From Cyanidioschyzon merolae (taxonomy: Eukaryota): DNA of 64,000 nt. Under the pieces are notes generated by a model, which ran no database searches, was not told where the DNA came from, and was given only the letters and a program-made list of their open reading frames with translations. The DNA is taken from assembly GCA_000091205.1 (NCBI GenBank), contig AP006500.2; one strand, written 5' to 3'. Shown one piece after another: positions 56,236-64,000 of this stretch; positions within the stretch are counted from its first letter, which is position 1; each line of letters opens with the position of its first letter. The position numbers and the translations under genes are program-made.

Positions 56236-57289
56236 TCCTGCTACCACTGCCCAGTAAAGAATATGTATCCTACATGCAATCCGTCAAAGATCTATACAGT
56301 ACATCACGTGGTGATGTCGATCTCCTGCAATAGACTGTGACATAGCATTCGATCACACTCAGCGGGGGCCGAACGAAACTGAGTTGAAAGACCATAATGG
56401 GCATCAAAGTCTGCTTAGGTGGAACAAAAACCTTTACGATTTCGTTCAGGAAAACGCAAACGTATTTATAAGGAATCGGTCACCTTGCCCCTCGCGAAGA
56501 CGCACAGAGGGATTGCAGACACAAATCAACGCATTTCTAGGCATAGTGTCTCCGCAGAGCATAGACGCTTCTCGAGGTCAGCTGCGGCACAGCAGCAGCC
56601 GCGCACCCGTGAGCGGAGTCTTCAGGAGCGGGACTAGACAGCGAACCGCACGGCGGAACAGGAAGCAGATTCGTATGCTCAGTTAGTGCCTGCGAGGCAC
56701 AACTGCGTTCGTTTCCAGCTTCGGTCGCCCTCGCAACTCTTTATCTCTGAAACAATCTGTATGTCTCGATATATGCACACCAATGTGTTCGTTTTAATTC
56801 GCCTTTCGATGCTCCTGGCCTTGCGCTCTCGGTTGTACGCTGGCGGCGCGTAAAGCTTCGCATATGTTGCGTATAGATGCCACTGCCGCAGCTCAGGAGC
56901 GGTGCTTGTCGCCCCGGTGCTGATGCAAGAAAACTATCTTCCGTTCCATCTCGACGAGTGGCAACCAAGTTTTCCAGACATTCCCAGTTCTTGGCTGCTT
57001 GGTTCGGATACGTTTTTGGGGATAACTCACACATGTTCTTGTACGTGCCGGCGGTGCCTCTGCGCTCAGAATGGTGGATATTCACCGCCTCCATCTCCTA
57101 CAGGCTTGGATTTCTGTGGGATCTACTTTAACCGCAAGTTTGAGCGCTAGCTCGTCTCGCTGCGAGCCCGCCGCAATCTCATCAGTTCGCGTAGATTCGC
57201 TGTCGCAGCGAGACGTTTATCCGGTTTCGCTTGCAACGGGCTTGCAGTGGTCCCGAAGAGAAGGGTCTTTGCGTTTGCGGTAAGATCGC

Positions 57290-57673
57290 ATGGGTAAAAA
57301 AACCACTAAAACTGCGAACAAAGCAGGTACAGGTTCGAATTCGACCGACTCAAAGCTGAAAACAGCCAACTTTGTGAAGGCTCGACACATTCTCTGCTCT
57401 AAGCAGGGTACCATCCAGGAAGTGTATAAGACGCTCATAGAACGCACAGAGACGCAGCGCTCCGCGTTGCCATCGACTTTCGCCGAGCTCGCATCCAAGT
57501 ATTCTGAGTGTCCGTCTGCCAAACGTGGTGGAGACTTGGGCTGGTTCGACAGGCAGAAGATGGAACCGAAGTTCAGGGAAGTGGCCTTCTCCACTGCTCC
57601 CGGGAACGTCTCGGAGCCTTTTAAAGGTGCGAACGGCTGGCATATTGTCTTCGTTGAAGGCCGCCGGAACTAG
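57290..57673 (+). CDS. PIN4: Parvulin-type peptidyl-prolyl cis-trans isomerase, Par14/PIN4-like
   Basis: Basic N-terminus, then KARHILCSKQGTIQEVYK...FAELASKYSECPSAKRGGDLGWFDRQKMEPKFREVAFS...GWHIVFVEGRRN. Confidence 0.85.
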   Translation: MGKKTTKTANKAGTGSNSTDSKLKTANFVKARHILCSKQGTIQEVYKTLIERTETQRSALPSTFAELASKYSECPSAKRGGDLGWFDRQKMEPKFREVAFSTAPGNVSEPFKGANGWHIVFVEGRRN

Positions 57674-57756
57674 CTCAGACCGCTGGGAGTCTGCATACTG
57701 CTTGACCCGCAGACCGGTGCCGTCGACAAGCGTTCAAGTTTTCTTAGGGTACCTCT

Positions 57757-59147
57757 GTACCCTTGCCAGTCTAAAACGGAGCACTGAACTGCTCGCCATG
57801 CTCCTGCATTTCGGTATTTTCCGAACATTTTTTCGATGTGCAGCCTCGACAATCGAAGTGAAGCAATAACGGCGTACGGTTTCATAAGTGGTTTTACGAT
57901 TCTCGCGCGTATTTTGGGAGTGACTCGGTTCACGCCCTGCCGCTGCAATTCGTCACATTTCATCAATCAAAGTGCACCGCGCGGCCCTGGAGCATGCGTT
58001 CGCACGGTAACCGACATCAGTTTGCAAGCCGAACGCCCCAGCGTCCGCTCCTGCCCTCTCCTCCCCTTGCGCGTGTCATGCTCAAACCACGCATTCTCCA
58101 AGTCTTCGATTCTTCCGTTTCGGGGCACCTCGTGGGGGCAGCTATTCGCGCCGATGGATTGACGAGCAAAATACCACACGTAGTCTATTGGCGACTTGTG
58201 CACAAGCTCATGCCGAAAGCTCCCTGCACTCGGCACGTCAAATGAACGATTCCGTTCGATAGACAAACCCTCCTTTCTCTGTAGCTATCAAGGAGACGGC
58301 ATTCGACATCAGCATGGTACCATACACAAAGAATCCACCAGGAAGCTCCAGTTTCTTCCGTTTGCACGGAAGACGGGCGTGAACTCGGGCTTTAGTCATT
58401 GCACGGACCGTTTCCAGTGGGGAACGCATCTCTGTTTCGCGCCACTGGAATATAGACAGATCGAAACCTCTCGACTTGTTCTCCAGCCTGGATTCTCCTT
58501 CCGGTGCGTGTCTCGTCGTGGGCAACATCGTGCCCCGCGAATCCTCTGTCGAATAGCGCAGGATGCGCTTCCGAGTGCGCAGCGGACAGAGTTCTCGCTG
58601 GAAGCATGGCCCAGCGGAAGCCCCAGATCATGGGGTACGGTTCAGTGCGCCGAAGCGGAGGTGGGCGTCCACGCGCGCCTTCTGCACCGGTCAAGGGCAT
58701 GTGCCGAGCGCTGAAGCAAGCCTTCAGGTGCCACAGGGCGGCGCGCGAGCTCGGATGTCTGATGGACATACAGAAATACCTGAACACAGCCAAGTGCCAC
58801 AGCGGCGAAGTGCCTACTGAGCCGTACGGAAAGAGGACGAGAAAAGCGCGCAAAGCGTATATCGCAAATTTCGTACTTGCATGGAATGTGTCGCCAACAA
58901 CCGGTAACAGCTGCATAGGGACATGAACGCTGCCACCAACAGCCTTCGACAATGTGCACTGGAGCTGGTGGGAAAGGGGGGTATGATGCATTTAAAGCCG
59001 GAAGTAAGAGGGAGGACACCGAACCGGTCACCGAAAAAGCCGTGAAAGGCTGGTATTGATGGCAGTGGCAGGAGAGGCCCAACCTGTTTGTGTGCGTGTC
59101 CCCGGATAACACAGTGGACCCGTTCCATTTTAGCCTGACGTAGATGT
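57757..59147. repeat. Left arm of inverted repeat IR2 (about 1.39 kb); right arm 61015-62403
   Basis: Mirrored ORFs: 58392-58991(-) versus 61170-61922(+), 58642-59217(-) versus 60947-61519(+), 57967-58266(-) equals 61894-62193(+), and 57836-58162(+) equals 61998-62324(-). One 1-bp indel was seen (TTTCCAGTGGGG versus TTTCCGTGGGG). There is no similarity to the IR1 arms. Confidence 0.85.
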
Positions 59148-59648
59148 AGCCGGTGAATGATCGCAGGCGATGCACGAAGCACGCGGCGGTAGCGGTAGGA
59201 GTTCTGTGCTGTTCCATATATACGGCGTTGTCATACGTTTGCAGTCCGTTTGTTACGCGGCAAAGAAGGATTAATATTCAACTCAGAGCAGGTCATGGAA
59301 GTCGATTCAATTTTGCCATTCAATGTCAAATTTTGTCATTCATGGACGCTTGCCTCATGTTCTTGGGTGGCTCGACTCGCACTCTCGTCGCTAACGCATC
59401 GGTACGGAGCAGTTCTGAGCTCATCGCGGCACAGCGTTCCGTCGATTTCAGGTAAAGCGCAACTGGGCATACGCTGCAAGTTGAATAGGATATTGGTTTA
59501 CTTGGACCAAATGAAGGGGTCGTTGAGCCCAATAAGTTTATCCAGATGCCCTTCCACATAAAGGAATCGATAAACTTCGGAACTGTGTTTCAGTTATCAG
59601 AAGGACCAAAAAGCGTTCTACAACCATGCAGTCCAAATACCCGCTTAC

Positions 59649-60185
59649 TCACAGACGCCTCCCAGCTTTCTTTTGGCAGGCAACCGAAATTGGAATCCGT
59701 TTTTATCCCAGCGAACTTCGATACCGAGAGACCGCCCCACAAAGTTGGCTCGTGCCGGCTCCTCGAGTCAATTCGTCAAAACCACACATCTTCTGATATT
59801 GATGGCGGCTTTGCAATCTTGGCTCACGAACTCCTTGCATATATTGCCTCTGGTTGAACGCAACTTTGCATGTTTCCCTCGAACTTGCACCCTCCGCGCC
59901 ATTACAATCTCGTCATCGTTCCGTCGGGCAAACTCCTCGGCCCGCCTACATCCTTGTTCTTCTTCAATTGCTCTTCTTCGCTCGTTCGGTAGCTGGCGAT
60001 GATGGCCCTCCAGCATCCCCGACTTCCATATCCATATCTCTCACTAAGACCTTTTTAAAATAAACACACTTCGAACGTATATGCTATAAACCACAAAAGA
60101 TAAGCATTTGATTCCACTCATCTGGGCGTGGAACACAATTGAAGAAAAAGACTACAAGATACAGGCAGCCGTTGCTTTCAGGAAT
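59649..60185 (-). mobile_element. Fanzor/TnpB-remnant MITE-like element, copy C, lying in the IR2 spacer
   Basis: Minus ORF 59768-60016 reads ...RGNICKEFVSQDCKAAINIRRCVVLTN, then ...ARANFVGRSLGIEVR. The 3' block is ...GGTTGCCTGCCAAAAGAAAGCTGGGAGGCGTCTGTGAGTAAG. The upstream roughly 300 bp is homologous to copies D and E. Confidence 0.6.
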
Positions 60186-61014
60186 ACGGCACGCGTTGGA
60201 GTTTGGATCATGAACCTGGACGCTGGCGGCGGTCGTCGCAGCCGCCGCTGCCGTCTGCGGCCTCAGCGTCAAAGAACGGCTGCATTAAATTATTTTACTC
60301 GAGGGCATCGCCTTCTTCTATACTGCTGAAGCATACAGACGTTATTTCTTTGTTAAGCTTGCGCTTAACGCTCGACACCCAAGCTCGCGATTGTTGTCCA
60401 ATAGCATGGAATCTCTCTCTACTGCACCAAGGGATGAGCGCTTTCCCCACACGAACCAGACGAGGAACTGCTGGGTTCGCTACGTTGAGTGGAAACTGTG
60501 CGAAGAGAAACACGGCGAGGAAGAGTCCGAGTGCAAAAAGTTTGGTCGTTGGGCACGCGCACTTTGCCCAGTAGACTGGATCGAGCGGTGGGATGAACAG
60601 CGAGCAAACGGGACGTTTCCTGGGCCCTCCGGCGAGTCCTCGTGAGCATATGGCGCTGCATATTTCAGTGACTACGGGCTCCGCGGAAGAATTGGAACTT
60701 TCCTAGTACTGCTTTTTCTGACAGATTGAGGCGAAAGGTTCTGGGCGACTTCCTCGACGGAGAAATGTTTTCCACTCGAAAGAATATCATGCATATGGTT
60801 CTACAACCACAAAACAACAGCAGGTCTGTGTCGTATGCGACTTGCGAGTTTTATGGCCTACCTCCTGGTCTCTTGTCATGAACAACGGCGCGCCATGTGA
60901 AAGCATGGAAGCCCATCATCACTTGAGAGAATTTGATTGAAATTCTTTGGACCAGAGGAGAAATATAATCACACTCGGGAAGTGCTTATGGCGATGTTTC
61001 TCTTGTTCGCTAGA

Positions 61015-62403
61015 CATCTACGTCAGGCTAAAATGGAACGGGTCCACTGTGTTATCCGGGGACACGCACACAAACAGGTTGGGCCTCTCCTGCCACTGCC
61101 ATCAATACCAGCCTTTCACGGCTTTTTCGGTGACCGGTTCGGTGTCCTCCCTCTTACTTCCGGCTTTAAATGCATCATACCCCCCTTTCCCACCAGCTCC
61201 AGTGCACATTGTCGAAGGCTGTTGGTGGCAGCGTTCATGTCCCTATGCAGCTGTTACCGGTTGTTGGCGACACATTCCATGCAAGTACGAAATTTGCGAT
61301 ATACGCTTTGCGCGCTTTTCTCGTCCTCTTTCCGTACGGCTCAGTAGGCACTTCGCCGCTGTGGCACTTGGCTGTGTTCAGGTATTTCTGTATGTCCATC
61401 AGACATCCGAGCTCGCGCGCCGCCCTGTGGCACCTGAAGGCTTGCTTCAGCGCTCGGCACATGCCCTTGACCGGTGCAGAAGGCGCGCGTGGACGCCCAC
61501 CTCCGCTTCGGCGCACTGAACCGTACCCCATGATCTGGGGCTTCCGCTGGGCCATGCTTCCAGCGAGAACTCTGTCCGCTGCGCACTCGGAAGCGCATCC
61601 TGCGCTATTCGACAGAGGATTCGCGGGGCACGATGTTGCCCACGACGAGACACGCACCGGAAGGAGAATCCAGGCTGGAGAACAAGTCGAGAGGTTTCGA
61701 TCTGTCTATATTCCAGTGGCGCGAAACAGAGATGCGTTCCCCACGGAAACGGTCCGTGCAATGACTAAAGCCCGAGTTCACGCCCGTCTTCCGTGCAAAC
61801 GGAAGAAACTGGAGCTTCCTGGTGGATTCTTTGTGTATGGTACCATGCTGATGTCGAATGCCGTCTCCTTGATAGCTACAGAGAAAGGAGGGTTTGTCTA
61901 TCGAACGGAATCGTTCATTTGACGTGCCGAGTGCAGGGAGCTTTCGGCATGAGCTTGTGCACAAGTCGCCAATAGACTACGTGTGGTATTTTGCTCGTCA
62001 ATCCATCGGCGCGAATAGCTGCCCCCACGAGGTGCCCCGAAACGGAAGAATCGAAGACTTGGAGAATGCGTGGTTTGAGCATGACACGCGCAAGGGGAGG
62101 AGAGGGCAGGAGCGGACGCTGGGGCGTTCGGCTTGCAAACTGATGTCGGTTACCGTGCGAACGCATGCTCCAGGGCCGCGCGGTGCACTTTGATTGATGA
62201 AATGTGACGAATTGCAGCGGCAGGGCGTGAACCGAGTCACTCCCAAAATACGCGCGAGAATCGTAAAACCACTTATGAAACCGTACGCCGTTATTGCTTC
62301 ACTTCGATTGTCGAGGCTGCACATCGAAAAAATGTTCGGAAAATACCGAAATGCAGGAGCATGGCGAGCAGTTCAGTGCTCCGTTTTAGACTGGCAAGGG
62401 TAC
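61015..62403. repeat. Right arm of inverted repeat IR2
   Basis: See the left-arm entry. Confidence 0.85.
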
Positions 62404-62643
62404 AGTTTACAGCATGGAAAAACTTCGCTGTGCGTGGGTATGTGTGTGCATATTTACGTTCATAGATGCATGCGCCCCGCGAAGAGCCCTGTCCTTTACT
62501 CGAGTAATACAATCCATCGGCCTGCGAATCAGACAGTTTTCACGAATCTTGCATCCAGGGATGTGTTTTCTGAGGGACTCATTGAGCAATCTTTCGCAGG
62601 TGCAGCAGTGCGGATGGCTATACGAGCGCACGCATCTACGGTT

Positions 62644-63333
62644 TCACAAGTTCAGGCGCTGCACATCGCCTATTTGAACTTTGCTGGTATCTTTTGGATC
62701 CAGGATAAGTTCGTAAACATCCGCACCGGCTCGGCTTATATCCATGGCGATCATCGATGGGCCTCTATAGGCTAAACTTACAGAGCTTTTGCCCTGTTCC
62801 TCCTCGCTCGCAGGTGGCGATGGCTTCAGGCGCGTTTCGCGCTCTCGCTCGAGGCGCCTCGCCAGCGTAAATGTATTTTCTGGGCCTGCTAGGCAGCCTG
62901 GCAAGATAATAAAACACGTTTTTGATGCAACTGAAACCTGATGAATTCGGGGGCCATACGGGCCCCCCACGATGAGCAGATCGACACCAATGTCAGCTGC
63001 TACAAGTTGAAGCACGCTGGAATTGATGGTGAGTGTTCCATTGGTCTCTTTAGTACTCGAGGCCAGCTGGTACCCATGCAGCATACCGATTGTAACATCA
63101 TCAACACGCATGAGAAGGCGCTCTGGTGCTGCAAAAGAGTCACAATCACCTTGAACAACATGGATCTTTGGCGTGTACGTCGCGAGTGCCTGCAGGGCTG
63201 CAAGAGGTCCGAGGTTTCCGGCGCATAAGATCAAGTCCGGCAAGTTCTGACGCATCCAAGTCAAGAAAGCGTCGTCGAAACCAGCGTTCCCGCGCGAAAT
63301 GTGTGCGTCGCTCAGAACAAGTGCACGGACCAT
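62644..63333 (-). CDS. VPS29: Vacuolar protein sorting 29 (retromer) / calcineurin-like metallophosphoesterase
   Basis: MVRALVLSDAHISRGNAGFDDAFL...ILCAGNLGPLAALQALATYTPKIHVVQGDCD...GMLHGYQ follows the Vps29 pattern: the MVLVLGDLHIPHR-type motif, then GDF.... Confidence 0.75.
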   Translation of the reverse strand: MVRALVLSDAHISRGNAGFDDAFLTWMRQNLPDLILCAGNLGPLAALQALATYTPKIHVVQGDCDSFAAPERLLMRVDDVTIGMLHGYQLASSTKETNGTLTINSSVLQLVAADIGVDLLIVGGPYGPRIHQVSVASKTCFIILPGCLAGPENTFTLARRLERERETRLKPSPPASEEEQGKSSVSLAYRGPSMIAMDISRAGADVYELILDPKDTSKVQIGDVQRLNL

Positions 63334-64000
63334 TTGGTCTTTCGCTCGTTACTCATTTATCGCACGAGTATAAGCGAAAGCTGCTAATCTGTCAGTTCAG
63401 ACCGCTGGCGGCGGCTGAAACTTTTTCCCGGGCAACAGTACGCACGCTCGGGGCTTGCAACAGTTTCTAGAGTCCCCTAGCTTCTGTTCTGAAGCGCGAC
63501 TCCCGACCAGCAGGAGTAGCGCCACCTTCCCGTCAAATATATGAAACGTGATCCGAACCGTCTCAAAGTACAGAGGACTTTTTCGCGCCGTCCACCTGAT
63601 CGAAAACAAGACGCTCCGCGCGTTTCCCACTTGCGCGCCACGCAAGAATCGCACACCATCTGAAACCGGGGCTTGCTTCGGGAGCAGAAACTCCTATGTT
63701 CTCTGATAAACTACAAGTTTCCCGGAAATTTCGAGTATGTATCAGTCCAAAGAATGCTTTTGTCTCATGCTTGTCGCGCACGATCTTGCATTTGCAGACC
63801 AGTCCATCGCTTTCCTTACCGGAAGACTACTCTACATGATGCTGAGGTGCGCGGTTTCCCTATGAGAGATGCTGATACTCTACCATCAGGACACTCTACA
63901 ATATCCATCATAAGAGACTAATCTGTTCCTGCAGAATGTCATCACGCACCATAGAATATGAAACGCAGTGTATTTCTGGCATCGACGCGCTGTCAGCCGC

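Noticed and set aside
16334-62403. IR1 and IR2 belonging to the same repeat family
   Set aside because: Arm sequences and their ORF translations share no detectable similarity. Only the architecture is similar.
1-64000. Trypanosomatid (T. cruzi-like) origin, suggested by intron-less genes, about 51% GC and many repeats
   Set aside because: Genes switch strand every few kb. GLO1 is the eukaryotic Zn type (THNWGTE), not the trypanothione-dependent bacterial-like enzyme. Plastid-lineage DUF1517 and DUF1350 and a TsaE homologue are present.

Overview
This is a eukaryotic nuclear window of about 52% GC with almost no introns, read without tools. I think it comes from a plastid-bearing organism, most plausibly an intron-poor alga such as a red alga; the exact lineage is an inference. 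It holds about 15 intron-less host genes on both strands: USP7-like deubiquitinase (running off the left edge, missed by the ORF track), ABC ATPase, TsaE-like, two Golgi-type glycosyltransferases, an RRM protein, DUF1517, glyoxalase I, DUF1350, eIF2B-epsilon, Gfo/Idh/MocA oxidoreductase, nicotinamidase, ABC1/UbiB kinase, parvulin Par14 and Vps29. The intergenic DNA is full of repeats. The main discovery is a family of five decayed Tc1/mariner-like elements that carry a TnpB/Fanzor-like RuvC-III ('RDxNAAINI') C-terminal remnant. Two copies (A, B) keep DDE_3 transposase remnants upstream. Three copies (C, D, E) are roughly 0.55 kb MITE-like deletion derivatives. All five share a conserved roughly 100-nt block just 3' of the RuvC-III coding sequence, and similarity between copies stops abruptly after a ...GCTGGGAGGCGTCTGTGAGT-like terminus. 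That is the layout expected of a Fanzor/TnpB omega-RNA scaffold abutting the transposon right end. There is also a 3.1 kb near-identical direct repeat, about 24 kb apart. Two unrelated inverted-repeat structures with about 1.4 kb arms are present. One encloses the TsaE-like gene and the other encloses Fanzor-MITE copy C. No rRNA, tRNA or CRISPR could be supported.
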